A program made the position numbers and the translations under genes. This document shows, piece after piece, positions 46,434 through 57,728 of a stretch of DNA of 64,000 nucleotides (its first letter is position 1; the number at the start of each line of letters is the position of its first letter). The notes under the pieces were generated by a model, which searched no databases, had not been told where the DNA came from, and saw only the letters and a list, made by a program, of their open reading frames with translations. Origin of the DNA: Thermoanaerobaculia bacterium (GTDB lineage Bacteria; Acidobacteriota; Thermoanaerobaculia; UBA5066); NCBI GenBank assembly GCA_963816185.1, contig CAWFJJ010000030.1, positions 514,981 to 578,980 on the forward strand, read 5' to 3'.

Positions 46434-47302
46434 AGGGGATCATCCTCGCGGGCGGCTCGGGCTCGCGCCTCTATCCGCTGACGCTCGCGGTTTCGAAGCA
46501 GCTCTGCCCCGTCTACGACAAGCCCATGGTCTATTACCCGCTCTCGACGCTCATGCTCGCGGGGTTGCGCGACATCCTCGTCATCACGACGCCAGAGGAC
46601 GAGGCCGCCTTCGTACGCCTTCTCGGCGACGGCGGCCAGTTCGGCATCCGGGTCTCCTACGCGACGCAGCCGAAGCCCGAGGGCCTCGCGCAGGCGTTTC
46701 TGATCGGCCGATCGTTCGTCGGCGAGGACGCCGTCGCGCTCGCGCTCGGCGACAACCTCTTCTACGGGCACGGCCTCCCCGAGATGCTCCAGCGCGCGGC
46801 CTCACGCGCCGCCGGCGCGACCGTCTTCGCCTACCGCGTGCTCGACCCCGAGCGCTACGGCGTCGTGGAGTTCGACGCGAGGGGGCGCGCAATCGGCCTC
46901 GAGGAGAAGCCGAAAGAGCCACGCTCGAGCTACGCCGTCACCGGCCTGTATTTCTACGACAACCGCGTGCTCGACGTCGCGACGGCGTTGAAACCCTCAC
47001 CGCGAGGCGAGCTCGAGATCACGGACATCAACCGCGCGTACCTCGAGACCGGCGACCTCCACGTCGAGATCCTCGGCCGCGGCATGGCGTGGCTCGACAC
47101 GGGCACGCACGAGGCGCTCCTACAGGCCTCGAACTTCATCCAGGCCATCGAGGCGCGGCAGGGCCTGAAGATCGCGTGTCCCGAGGAGATCGCCCACAAG
47201 GCCGGCTGGATCTCCACGGCCCACGTGACCCGCCTCGCGCTGCAGATGAAGAGCGACTACGGCCGCTACCTTCTCCGGATGCTGGAGGACGGAGTCGTCT
47301 GA
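46430..47302 (+). CDS. rfbA: Glucose-1-phosphate thymidylyltransferase
   Basis: [22 protein letters not shown] and WLDTGT. Confidence 0.97.
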   Translation: MKGIILAGGSGSRLYPLTLAVSKQLCPVYDKPMVYYPLSTLMLAGLRDILVITTPEDEAAFVRLLGDGGQFGIRVSYATQPKPEGLAQAFLIGRSFVGEDAVALALGDNLFYGHGLPEMLQRAASRAAGATVFAYRVLDPERYGVVEFDARGRAIGLEEKPKEPRSSYAVTGLYFYDNRVLDVATALKPSPRGELEITDINRAYLETGDLHVEILGRGMAWLDTGTHEALLQASNFIQAIEARQGLKIACPEEIAHKAGWISTAHVTRLALQMKSDYGRYLLRMLEDGVV

Positions 47303-47355
47303 CGGCGCAACCGCGGGCCGGCGCGTACGTATCTTCCGGGAACTGGAGAGAAAAC

Positions 47356-48471
47356 ATGACGACGAGACGCGACTTCCTCTGGAAAACGGCCGCTTCAGCG
47401 GGTCTTCTCGCGGGCGGGCTTCCGGCATTCTCCGAGACGAAGAAGACCCTCCTCGTTCTCGGGGGCACCGGCTTCCTCGGACCTCAGATCGTCGGCGCCG
47501 CGAAGGCGAGCGGCTGGACGATCACCCTCTTCAACAGGGGCAAGACCAACCCCGGCCTGTTCCCCGAGCTTGAGAAGCTTCAAGGCGATCGCAACGGCGA
47601 TCTCAAGTCGCTCGAGGGCCGCGTTTTCGACGCCGTGGTCGACACGTCGGGCTACATCCCGCGCCAGGTGCGCGATTCGGCGGGGCTCCTCGGCAAGTCG
47701 GCGAAGCAGTACGTCTTCGTCTCGTCCATCTCGGTCTATTCCGACCTGAGCAAGCCGGGCGTCGACGAGACGGGGCCCGTCGCGATCCTGAAGGACCCGT
47801 CCGTCGAGAAGGTGACCGGGGAGACGTACGGCGGCCTCAAGGCGCTGTGCGAGAAGGCCGCCGAGGCGGCGATGCCCGGACGCGTCACGAACGTCCGCCC
47901 CGGCCTCATCGTCGGGCCCGGCGACGGCAGCGACCGCTTCACGTACTGGCCGGTCCGCGTCTCGCGGGGCGGTGAGGTCCTCGCGCCGGACAAACCCGAG
48001 GATCCCGTCCAGTTCATCGACGTCCGCGACCTCGGGGCCTGGATCGTGAAGACCATCGACACGAAGACGGTGGGCGTCTTCAACGCGACCTCGGCTCCTC
48101 TCCGGATGGGCGACGTGCTCGAGGCCTGCAAGGCCGCGAGCTCGAGCGACGCGCGCTTCACGTGGGTGGACGCCGCGTTCCTTGCGGCCCAGAAGGTCGA
48201 GGAGTGGAGCGACCTTCCTGTTTGGACCTCGCCCCTGGGCTCCGACGCCGGAGGCGGCCGCGTGAGCAACGCCCGCGCGGTCGCCACGGGGCTCGTGTTC
48301 CGGCCCGTGAAAGCCACCGCGAAGGACACGCTCGACTGGTGGAAGACGCTTCCGAAAGAGCGGACGGACAAGATGAAAGCGGGCCTCAAGACCGACCGTG
48401 AAGCCGCTGTTCTCGCGGCTTGGCACGAGGCGCACGACGCGCAGGCGAAGAAGACGCCGAAGGCCGGCTGA
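47356..48471 (+). CDS. Tat-signal NAD-dependent epimerase/reductase (atypical SDR)
   Basis: TRRDFL twin-arginine signal; LGGTGFLG; YGGLK; RPGLIVGP. Confidence 0.85.
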   Translation: MTTRRDFLWKTAASAGLLAGGLPAFSETKKTLLVLGGTGFLGPQIVGAAKASGWTITLFNRGKTNPGLFPELEKLQGDRNGDLKSLEGRVFDAVVDTSGYIPRQVRDSAGLLGKSAKQYVFVSSISVYSDLSKPGVDETGPVAILKDPSVEKVTGETYGGLKALCEKAAEAAMPGRVTNVRPGLIVGPGDGSDRFTYWPVRVSRGGEVLAPDKPEDPVQFIDVRDLGAWIVKTIDTKTVGVFNATSAPLRMGDVLEACKAASSSDARFTWVDAAFLAAQKVEEWSDLPVWTSPLGSDAGGGRVSNARAVATGLVFRPVKATAKDTLDWWKTLPKERTDKMKAGLKTDREAAVLAAWHEAHDAQAKKTPKAG

Positions 48472-48475
48472 CGGC

Positions 48476-49801
48476 GTGGAGGGGCGGAGCGCGCTTTCCC
48501 GCCTCGTGCGGGTCGAGCCCGGGGAGGGCCACGGCCTCACGTGGGCTGCGGCCTCGTTCTTCTTCCTGCTGGGCGGGTACTACATCATCCGGCCGCTGCG
48601 CGAGGAGGCGGGCGCCTCTTCCGGGGGCGGCTTCGCGCTGAACTGGCTGTTTCTCGGGACGCTGGCCGGCACCTTCCTCGTAACCCCGCTCTTCGGCACG
48701 CTCGTGACGCGCGTCCCGCGCCGCGTCTTCGTTCCGGCCGTCTACCACGCCCTCGCGGCGAGCTTCGTCGCGTTCTACGTCGCGCTCAGCGTCCTTTCGG
48801 GAGCCTCGCGCCTCGCGACCGTCCGCTTCTTCTTCGTTTTCGTGAGCACGTTCAATCTCCTGATCGTCTCGGTCTTCTGGGGCTTCCTCGCGGACCTCTT
48901 CCGGTCCGAGCAGGCCAAGCGCCTCTTCGGCGCGATCGGACTCGGCGGGACTCTCGGGGGGATCGCCGGGGGCACGATCACGGCGAGCCTCGCGAAGAGG
49001 CTCGGGCCCGTGCCCCTCCTCCTCGTGGCCGCCGGCCTCTTCGAGGTCGCCGTCCTGTGCATGCGCCGTCTCGCGCGCGTCTACCACGTCGACGAAGCCC
49101 CGCGTGTGGACGGCGCCGCCCCGCGCGCGGGAGACGACGTCCCCGACGGCGGAATCCCGCCCGGCACCGGCGCGCTCTCGGGCCCCAGGCTCTTCCTGCG
49201 CTCGCGGTACCTCCTCGGGATCGCCGCGTTCCTGCTCCTCTACACGGTCGGCTCGACCTTCCTGTACCTCGCGCAGGCGCGCATCGTGCGGAGCGCCTTC
49301 CCCGACGCCGGCTCGCGCACGGCGTTCTTCGCGAAGGCCGACCTCGCCGTAAACGTCCTCACGGCGCTGGCGCAGCTCTTCCTCACGGGGCGCGTCCTGC
49401 CCGCGATGGGCCTCGGGCCCGCGCTCGCGCTGCTTCCGGCGATCACGGCGGCGGGCTTCTACGCGCTCGGCGTCTCGTCCACCGCGAGCACGCTCTTTTG
49501 CGTGCAGGTTTTTCGGCGCGCGGCCGAGTTCGCCCTCGTGAAGCCCGCGCGCGAAGCTCTCTTCACCGTCGTCCCGCGCGAGGAGAAGTACACGGCGAAG
49601 AGCTTCATCGACACGTTCGTATACCGGGGCGGCGACGCGCTGGGCGCGCTGGCCGATCGGCTCGTGGCTTTCCTCGGCCTCTCACCTCTCGGCTTCGCGT
49701 GGCTCTTCCTGCCCGTGGCCGGCGTATGGATCGCGAACGCACTCGCCCTCGGGAGGAGACAGAAGGCGCTCGCGAACGAGCCTCAGTCGGATTTTGCTTG
49801 A
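48476..49801 (+). CDS. MFS transporter, NTT/TLC (ATP:ADP antiporter)-like
   Basis: YYIIRPLRE, SVFWGF, AKRLFG, KPAREALF and EKYTAKSFID…RGGD. Start approximate. Confidence 0.82.
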   Translation: MEGRSALSRLVRVEPGEGHGLTWAAASFFFLLGGYYIIRPLREEAGASSGGGFALNWLFLGTLAGTFLVTPLFGTLVTRVPRRVFVPAVYHALAASFVAFYVALSVLSGASRLATVRFFFVFVSTFNLLIVSVFWGFLADLFRSEQAKRLFGAIGLGGTLGGIAGGTITASLAKRLGPVPLLLVAAGLFEVAVLCMRRLARVYHVDEAPRVDGAAPRAGDDVPDGGIPPGTGALSGPRLFLRSRYLLGIAAFLLLYTVGSTFLYLAQARIVRSAFPDAGSRTAFFAKADLAVNVLTALAQLFLTGRVLPAMGLGPALALLPAITAAGFYALGVSSTASTLFCVQVFRRAAEFALVKPAREALFTVVPREEKYTAKSFIDTFVYRGGDALGALADRLVAFLGLSPLGFAWLFLPVAGVWIANALALGRRQKALANEPQSDFA

Positions 49802-49826
49802 CTCGGCGCTGACCTGCTCATAGCTT
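49798..49826 (+). promoter_or_regulatory. Putative sigma70 promoter for the TonB-dependent receptor
   Basis: TTGACT, 17-bp spacer, TAGCTT. Confidence 0.45.
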
Positions 49827-49886
49827 TTCGCCAGTCCGCAGAGCGACTTGTTTCTTCGCTTTCATTTTCTTTCCTTTTAGGAGGCT

Positions 49887-52865
49887 GTGATGCTGCGTTT
49901 TCGAACGGGAGTCGGCTGTCTTGCTCTCCTCCTGCTGGTGGTCCTGCCGGGCGCCGTGCTCGCCCAGTCGCAGGCCACGACGGGCGTCATCGAGGGAACT
50001 GTTTCGGACGAGGGGGGCGCTCCGCTGCCCGGAGCCGCGGTCGCGATCCGGAACACGGCCACGAATTTCGAGAAGAGCACGATCACGGGCGCGGACGGGC
50101 ACTTCCGCGGCCTCGCCCTGCCGCTGGGCCCCTACCGGGTGACCGTGAGTCTCGCGGGCTTCACGACGCTCGTGCGCGAGGGGCTCGACCTCGGCGTCGG
50201 TCAGGCGATCAACCTCACCGGCCTCACCCTCAGGCTCTCCCAGCGGGCGGAGTCGGTGACCGTGACGGGCGCGGCTCCCGTCGTCGAAACGACCCGGACC
50301 GAGGGCTCGACGCAGATCGACTCGGCCGCGATCCAGGGCCTTCCGAACAACGGGCGGAACTACCTCGACTTCGCGAAGCTGACGCCCGGCGTGTCCATCG
50401 TGCAGGGGCCCGACGGCGACGAGATGACCGTCAACGGCCAGAAGGGCATCCAGAACAACGTCTCGGTGGATGGGGCCGATTTCAACAACCCGTTCTTCGG
50501 GGAGCAGCGGGGCGGCCAGCGCCCGCCGTTCACGTTCAACCTCGACGCAGTCAAGGAGGTCGTCGTCGTCGCGGAGGGCGCGAACGCGGAGTTCGGGCGC
50601 GCCTCGGCCGGGTTCGTGAACGTCGTGACGAAGTCAGGCACGAACGACGTCCACGGGAGCGCGCACGGGTACTTCAAGAGCCAGAGCCTCTCGTCCGCGG
50701 CGATCAAGCCCGACGGATCGTCGGCTGACAAGTTCGACTTCAACCAGCAGCAATACGGCTTCACGCTGGGCGGGCCGTTCGTCAAGGACAAGCTCTTCTA
50801 CTTCACCGCCTTCGACTACCAGCGCGGCCGCTCGACGAAGCAGACCGATCCCACCCGCATCGACCCGGCTCTGGTCCAGTATTTCGCCAGCGTCGGCGAT
50901 CCGAACGAGAACGGCCCGATCGACCGGACGAACGACGCCCGCGTCTTCCTCGGGAAGATCGACTGGAACGTCAACGAGCAGCACCTCGCGACCCTCCGGT
51001 ACAACTACACGTGGTCCGAGCAGAAGAACGGGACGTTCGACGTCGATCCGTTCGGTGTCAGCGCGAACGCGGTCGAGGACGATCACTCGAGCGCCGGGAG
51101 CGGCTCCCTCCAATCGACCCTCTCGAACTCGACGCTGAACGAGTTCCGCTTCCAGTGGGCAAGGGAGGACCGGCCCCGCCCGTATGACGGCGCGCAGGTT
51201 CCCGGCGGAGGCCGCCCGTTCCCGGACACCGGGGTCAGCTTCTCGGGCTACCGTTTTGGCGAGCCATTCTTCATCCCGGTCGATGACCACGACACCCGCT
51301 TGCAGCTCAACGAGATCCTCACGTACATCACGGGTCCCCACACGATCAAGGCGGGCCTCGAGTACAACCAGACGAACACGACGCAGACGTTCCGCGGCTT
51401 TGCGAACGGCCGATACCTCTTCGACTCCGTCTCGGGCTTCCTGAGCTATGCGAAGAACCCGAAGTTCGTCGAGTGCTCGGACGGTTCGTCGAGCCAGACC
51501 GGCGTCTGCCCGGCCGGGACGTCCATCAGCGGCCCGGTCCTGCTGTACCTGCAGCAGGTCCCGGTCGGCGGCCTCACGGTCGACCAGGCGGGTACGCAGA
51601 GCATCGACCAGAAAGAGCCGGCCGTCTTCGTCCAGGACACGTGGCAGCCGCTGGCGAACCTCACGATCAGCTTCGGCCTGCGCTGGGAAGCCCAGATCGA
51701 GCCCGATCCGATCACGCCGCCCGATCAGGTCTTCTTCTCGAAGTTCATCGGGGCGACCTCGAAAGGCCAGGCGTTCCCGTCCGACGGGACGATCCCGTCC
51801 GACAAGAGCCAGTGGCAGCCGCGGCTCGGGATCACGTGGGACCCGAACAAGGACGGCAAGACGGTCCTCCGCGCGAGCGGCGGCATCTTCGCGGCCCGTA
51901 CCGTGGGCCTCAACCTCGCCTCCGCGCGGTCGACGAACGGCAGCATCGGGTACACGTACGCCGCCGGGAGCGCTTTCGGGACGCTGCCCGCATACCCGAA
52001 CATCCTGAATGCCGCGACCCTCCCCGCGACGCCGGACCACCCGGACGTCTACGTCTTCAGCAAGGACTTCAAGAACCCGCGGACGTACCAGTTCAACCTG
52101 GGGATCGACCGCGAGATCATCCCGGACGTCGCCCTCTCGCTCCGGTATGCCTACGCGCACACGGTCAACATCCTCCGCTACATCAACCGCAACGACCCGC
52201 TGCTCGGCTCGCCGTGGTCGACCGGCCTCGGGGCAAACGGCCAGAACGGCATCGGGACGCTCTGGACCGCGGAGTCCACGGCGCACAGCGTCTACAACGG
52301 CATCACCCTCGGCCTCATCAAACGTTACACGCACAAGTTCGAGTTCCAGGCCTTCTACACGCTCTCCTGGGACAAGTCCGACGACGACCAGGAGCGCGAC
52401 CCGTTCACGCTCTACTACGCGAAGGTCACGGACCTCGGCCCCGAGTACGCGTACTCGAACCGCGACCAGCGGCACCGCGTGAACGCGTACGTCCTCTGGC
52501 AGGCCCCGTTCGGGATCAACGTGAACGCGAGCTGGCAGTACCGGTCGGCCCAGCCGCAGTCCATCACGGCCACGGGGGCGATCGCGAACACGCCTCAGGA
52601 CCGGATCAACGCGGACGGCAGCGTCACGGAGCGCAACCTCGGGCGAAAGGACAACCAGTTCAACTCGGTCAACCTGAGGATCTCGTACCCGTTCGCGGTT
52701 GGCCCGGTCACGATCGAGCCGATCGCCGAGGTCTTCAACCTCTTCAACAGCAAGAACCTCAAGAACCCGTTGACGTCGAACCTGCTCTTCAACTTCGACG
52801 GCACTCTGCAGCAGGGCCTCGGCGACCCGCGCCAGGCGCAGCTCGGCGTCCGCATTCTCTTTTAG
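49887..52865 (+). CDS. Oar-like TonB-dependent receptor with carboxypeptidase-regulatory-like N-domain
   Basis: Signal peptide; IEGTVSD…PLPGA; LPNNGRNY; NVVTKSGTN; QPRLG; C-terminal PRQAQLGVRILF. Confidence 0.92.
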   Translation: MMLRFRTGVGCLALLLLVVLPGAVLAQSQATTGVIEGTVSDEGGAPLPGAAVAIRNTATNFEKSTITGADGHFRGLALPLGPYRVTVSLAGFTTLVREGLDLGVGQAINLTGLTLRLSQRAESVTVTGAAPVVETTRTEGSTQIDSAAIQGLPNNGRNYLDFAKLTPGVSIVQGPDGDEMTVNGQKGIQNNVSVDGADFNNPFFGEQRGGQRPPFTFNLDAVKEVVVVAEGANAEFGRASAGFVNVVTKSGTNDVHGSAHGYFKSQSLSSAAIKPDGSSADKFDFNQQQYGFTLGGPFVKDKLFYFTAFDYQRGRSTKQTDPTRIDPALVQYFASVGDPNENGPIDRTNDARVFLGKIDWNVNEQHLATLRYNYTWSEQKNGTFDVDPFGVSANAVEDDHSSAGSGSLQSTLSNSTLNEFRFQWAREDRPRPYDGAQVPGGGRPFPDTGVSFSGYRFGEPFFIPVDDHDTRLQLNEILTYITGPHTIKAGLEYNQTNTTQTFRGFANGRYLFDSVSGFLSYAKNPKFVECSDGSSSQTGVCPAGTSISGPVLLYLQQVPVGGLTVDQAGTQSIDQKEPAVFVQDTWQPLANLTISFGLRWEAQIEPDPITPPDQVFFSKFIGATSKGQAFPSDGTIPSDKSQWQPRLGITWDPNKDGKTVLRASGGIFAARTVGLNLASARSTNGSIGYTYAAGSAFGTLPAYPNILNAATLPATPDHPDVYVFSKDFKNPRTYQFNLGIDREIIPDVALSLRYAYAHTVNILRYINRNDPLLGSPWSTGLGANGQNGIGTLWTAESTAHSVYNGITLGLIKRYTHKFEFQAFYTLSWDKSDDDQERDPFTLYYAKVTDLGPEYAYSNRDQRHRVNAYVLWQAPFGINVNASWQYRSAQPQSITATGAIANTPQDRINADGSVTERNLGRKDNQFNSVNLRISYPFAVGPVTIEPIAEVFNLFNSKNLKNPLTSNLLFNFDGTLQQGLGDPRQAQLGVRILF

Positions 52866-52884
52866 GAGAGGGTCGAAGAAGCCC

Positions 52885-53289
52885 CTACGTGGAAGCGCCC
52901 TCGCGACGCATGAACGTCGCGAGGGCGTGGTCGGTCCCGCGGAGATGATTCGTGAGCGTGCGCCGGAGGCGCTCGGCCAGCTCGATGGTGATCTCGAGCG
53001 TGCCCGCCGAGTTCTGGCGAACGAGCTCGTTCATCTCCCGGATCAGCTTCACGTGCTCGGCGGCGTGCTCCTCGAAGGCGGGATACTGATGCAACCGCAT
53101 GACGAGCTCCTCGACGAGGAAGTGCGTCTCGGAGAGGTCGGCCATCTCCTCGAGGATCTTCCCGGCCTCGACGCGCTCGTTCGCGCCGGCGGCTCTCTCG
53201 AAGGCGTCCACGAGCGCGAGCTGAAGCTCGTGCTCCCGCTCCATCTCCGGGAGGCCGGGAACGTCCTTCCGGCCCTCGGCCGTCGGCAT
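52885..53289 (-). CDS. Bacteriohemerythrin
   Basis: EH…HFLVEE…HAAEH…HLRGTD pattern of iron ligands. Confidence 0.85.
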   Translation of the reverse strand: MPTAEGRKDVPGLPEMEREHELQLALVDAFERAAGANERVEAGKILEEMADLSETHFLVEELVMRLHQYPAFEEHAAEHVKLIREMNELVRQNSAGTLEITIELAERLRRTLTNHLRGTDHALATFMRREGAST

Positions 53290-53391
53290 GAAACTCCTCC
53301 TCATCCCCTGTGCGCCTCGAAGTGTAAGCCTGATTCAGGTGGCTCATGGCGTGAGATGCGTCACCTCCCGATCGTATAGAGGGAGGTTTGC

Positions 53392-53847
53392 ATGAGAGTC
53401 GAGGACATCATGACGAGACGCGTTCAGACCGTCGCCCACACGGAAAATGCGGAAGCGGCCTGGAACCTGATGCGGTGGAAGCGCATTCACCATCTCGTCG
53501 TGACCGGCGCGGACGGTGAAGTCGTCGGCGTCGTGTCCGCGCGCGACCTCGGCGGGCGGGACCGCGACGAGATCCGCCGCCTCCGCCCGATCTCCGCGAT
53601 GATGACCGCCTACGCGGTCAAGGCGACGCCGAAAATGCCCGTGCGCCAGGCCGCGAACGTCATGCGCGGCTGGAACATCGGCTGTCTGCCCGTGATCGAG
53701 CCGGACGGCACGCTGGCCGGCATCGTCACGGTTTCCGACCTCCTGCGGCTCCTCGCCGAGCAGGTCCCCGCACCCGCACGCGTGAACCCGGCCAAGCGCG
53801 TGGCGAAGATCAAGCCGCCGAAGAAATCCAGCCGGGCCCGCGGCTGA
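53392..53847 (+). CDS. CBS-pair protein
   Basis: VEDIMT, IHHLVV…GVVSARDL and IGCLPV…GIVTVSDLL. Confidence 0.9.
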   Translation: MRVEDIMTRRVQTVAHTENAEAAWNLMRWKRIHHLVVTGADGEVVGVVSARDLGGRDRDEIRRLRPISAMMTAYAVKATPKMPVRQAANVMRGWNIGCLPVIEPDGTLAGIVTVSDLLRLLAEQVPAPARVNPAKRVAKIKPPKKSSRARG

Positions 53848-53870
53848 CCGGACCCGGATCGGAGGACCTC

Positions 53871-54293
53871 ATGAGCGACGAGACCATCTTTTTCGGGACG
53901 GACTTCTCGCCCGCATCCGATCGCGCGTTTCTCACCGCGCTCGACGAGGCGAAGCTTCGGTCGGCCGAACTCGTCGTCGCGCACGTCATCCCGACCTCCG
54001 TCCTCCTCGATCACGGCATCGGCGAAGTGGCGCCGCTCCGCGCGATCTGCCTGAAGAAGCTCGAGGCGCTCAAGCGCAGGGCCGAAACAGCCGGTGTCAA
54101 GGCGCGCATCGAGCTTCTCGACGGCACGCCTCACGCTGCGATCGTGGAATCTGCGGCCCGGGCGAACGCGGCGCTTCTCGTCCTCGGGACGCAGGGCCGG
54201 ACGGGCGTCTCGCGGCTCGTTTTCGGCAGCGTCGCGATGCGCGTCGTGTGCGAGGCGCTCTGCCCCGTGGTCGTCGTCCGCGCCGCGGCGTGA
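53871..54293 (+). CDS. Universal stress protein
   Basis: TDFSPAS and LGTQGRTG…GSVA…CPVVVV. Confidence 0.92.
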   Translation: MSDETIFFGTDFSPASDRAFLTALDEAKLRSAELVVAHVIPTSVLLDHGIGEVAPLRAICLKKLEALKRRAETAGVKARIELLDGTPHAAIVESAARANAALLVLGTQGRTGVSRLVFGSVAMRVVCEALCPVVVVRAAA

Positions 54294-54345
54294 ACGGAAA
54301 CCGGGCGGCTGGCATGTGCCGTGCCTCCCGCCCTTCAGGAAGGGC

Positions 54346-54687
54346 ATGAATTACAAAGCGCTGGTCCTGGGCGTGATTCTGGGAGGCGCGACGGCGGGTG
54401 CGATCCAGCAGTCGACTCCCGCGCCGGCACCCGAAGCCACTCCTCCGTCTTCGCCCTCGCCGCCGCCTGAAGGCGCGCCACCCACCCCTCAGATCCTCCC
54501 TACGCCCAACCCCACTCCCGAATCGCACGGATCGCCCACGCCCGGCATCGGAAAGCCCGACCTGCTGCGAACGCCGGGAGTCAGCCGGACACCCGGCGGG
54601 GGCCCCGCCGACAAGATCGTCCCGACGCCGACGCCGGGCCCGGCGGAGATCTTCTCTCCCAAACCGACGCGCGCGCCGGCGTTCTGA
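54346..54687 (+). CDS. Small Pro/Thr-rich secreted protein
   Basis: Hydrophobic N-terminus followed by PTP repeats. Confidence 0.55.
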   Translation: MNYKALVLGVILGGATAGAIQQSTPAPAPEATPPSSPSPPPEGAPPTPQILPTPNPTPESHGSPTPGIGKPDLLRTPGVSRTPGGGPADKIVPTPTPGPAEIFSPKPTRAPAF

Positions 54688-54752
54688 GCCGTGCCCCGCG
54701 CGCGGAAACTTCCCTGACGGCCCGAAAGGCTGCTATATTTCGCCGCTCCTGA

Positions 54753-55909
<1,157 letters not shown>

Positions 55910-56170
55910 GCGCTTCAAGCTTCCTAAGATCCTGCGCCTGGCGCTGCCTGAGCGACCAGTCGCGCGAGCGCGGCGGGTTTGGCACTCAGAATCGCTTGAA
56001 AGTACGCTAGAGCACTTGGCGGTCGATCCTTGACGTGACGTCGGCGGCCGAGTGCGATCTGACAACCGTACGGCGACGCAGGCGACTCCGCCACCTTGTG
56101 CGGTACTCCCTCAAGAATCTCCTCACGGGTGAACCCGGTAAGCCGCGGGAGGAATAGTGATCACGCCTTG

Positions 56171-56210
56171 GCCCAACCCTGTGCTGCAGCGGACTCGGCG
56201 TCTGCCGCTG
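56171..56210 (+). other. attC-like 5' half site
   Basis: GCCCAAC (RYYYAAC) followed by CAGCGGACTCGGCGTC; 32/40 identical to 58559-58598. Confidence 0.55.
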
Positions 56211-56278
56211 GCACTCCTTCCTTCTCGCGGTCACAGTGGGTGACGCCTGCCGGTCGTGGGGCATGATATTTTGGCGAC

Positions 56279-57628
56279 ATGCAGCTTAGATGGGTCGCCT
56301 CATCGGGCCCGATCTGCTTAGGGTTCGCCCTGCTCGGGCTGAGCAGCGGCGCCGCGCAGGCGCAGGTGATCACCGAATTCAGCGCTGGCATCAGCGCCAA
56401 CGCGGGCCCGTACGCGATCACGGCCGGCCCTGACGGCAACCTGTGGTTTACGGAATTTGCGAGCAATCAGATCGGGCGGATTACCCCCCTTGGTGTCGTC
56501 ACCGAGTTCAGTGCAGGCATCACCGCCGGCGCGCAGCTCGATGGCATCGCAGCTGGTCCCGATGGCAACGTGTGGTTTGTTGAGAATTATACCAACAAGA
56601 TTGGGCGAATCACTCCACTCGGCGTCGTTACCGAATTTAGCGCAGGCACCGGCGCCTACCCGGGACCTTCTGCTATCGCGGCAGGACCGGACGGCAACCT
56701 GTGGTTCACAGAGTTCTATCTACCGCGGATAGGACGGATCACCCCGCTCGGCATCGTTACCGAATTCACCAGTGGCATCACGGTCGGCGGAAGCATGCAG
56801 GGCATCACTGCCGGACCCGATGGCAACCTCTGGTTCACGGAGTTCGATCTTAGCCAGGTCGGGCGGATTACCCCTCTTGGAGTCGTCACCGAGTTCAGCA
56901 CCGGCATCAGCGCCAACGCGGGCCCCTACGCGATCACGGCCGGGCCCGACGGTAACCTGTGGTTTACGGAGAACAAGCTCTTCCGGATAGGCCGGATTAC
57001 GCCTGTCGGAGTCGTCACCGAGTTCGGCACAAGCTCAAATCCATACGGCATCACGGCCGGGCCCGACGGCAACCTGTGGTTCACCGAACCCAACGCCCGC
57101 CGGATCGGGCGGATCACCCCGCAGGGGGAGGTTACCGAATTTGGCGTCATCAACACGAATGGCGGCGCTCCTTATCTCAGCGCTTCCGGCCCTGATGGCA
57201 ACGTGTGGTTCACTCAGCTCCTCGGTGGGCGAGTGGCGCGCATTACCACGGGACCGGCGACCGGAACCTCCTTCCACACGACGACTCCCTGCCGCGTCGT
57301 TGATACTCGAAATCCGACCTCGCCTCTTGGGGGCCCGGCGCTCGCGGCCGGTGTAAAGCGTGACTTTCTGGTGACCGGCGCGTGCGGCATTCCCGCGGGA
57401 GCTGTTTCTATCTCTGGAAACGTCACCGTCACGCAGCCCACGTCGGCTGGCTCTGTGCTCGCCATGCCCGCCCAACTCCCGGTCATCACATTCCAGTCCG
57501 GGACTACACGGGCCAACAATGCCTTCCTCCTTCTGTCTCTCGATGGCACCGGAACGCTATCCTTCTCGAACGACATGCCGACGGGCACCGTGGAGCTCAT
57601 CGTTGATGTGAACGGCTGGTGGGAGTAG
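56279..57628 (+). CDS. Secreted Vgb-like seven-bladed beta-propeller protein with C-terminal PCRxxDTR module
   Basis: Signal peptide; seven GPDGNxWF…GRITP repeats; C-terminal TPCRVVDTR…DVNGWW. Confidence 0.85.
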   Translation: MQLRWVASSGPICLGFALLGLSSGAAQAQVITEFSAGISANAGPYAITAGPDGNLWFTEFASNQIGRITPLGVVTEFSAGITAGAQLDGIAAGPDGNVWFVENYTNKIGRITPLGVVTEFSAGTGAYPGPSAIAAGPDGNLWFTEFYLPRIGRITPLGIVTEFTSGITVGGSMQGITAGPDGNLWFTEFDLSQVGRITPLGVVTEFSTGISANAGPYAITAGPDGNLWFTENKLFRIGRITPVGVVTEFGTSSNPYGITAGPDGNLWFTEPNARRIGRITPQGEVTEFGVINTNGGAPYLSASGPDGNVWFTQLLGGRVARITTGPATGTSFHTTTPCRVVDTRNPTSPLGGPALAAGVKRDFLVTGACGIPAGAVSISGNVTVTQPTSAGSVLAMPAQLPVITFQSGTTRANNAFLLLSLDGTGTLSFSNDMPTGTVELIVDVNGWWE

Positions 57629-57675
57629 CCGCGTGTAACTGTCGCACCGGTGGGGATACATTCGGCTGGCTCCCT

Positions 57676-57710
57676 CGCTACGCTCGCCGCCGAGCTTGAT
57701 ATCGTCAAAT
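57676..57710 (+). other. Degenerate attC-like 3' half site
   Basis: CGCTACGCTCGCCGCCGAGCTTGATATC-GTCAAAT (GTTRRRY with one mismatch), just before the next gene start. Confidence 0.45.
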
Positions 57711-57728
57711 GCAGCCATGATGCGAATC

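Noticed and set aside
56279-57260. Streptogramin resistance gene (vgb) or a CRISPR-like repeat array
   Set aside because: The repeats are degenerate in-frame beta-propeller blades. The signal peptide and surface module argue against a cytoplasmic lyase. No CRISPR array or cas gene was seen anywhere in the window.
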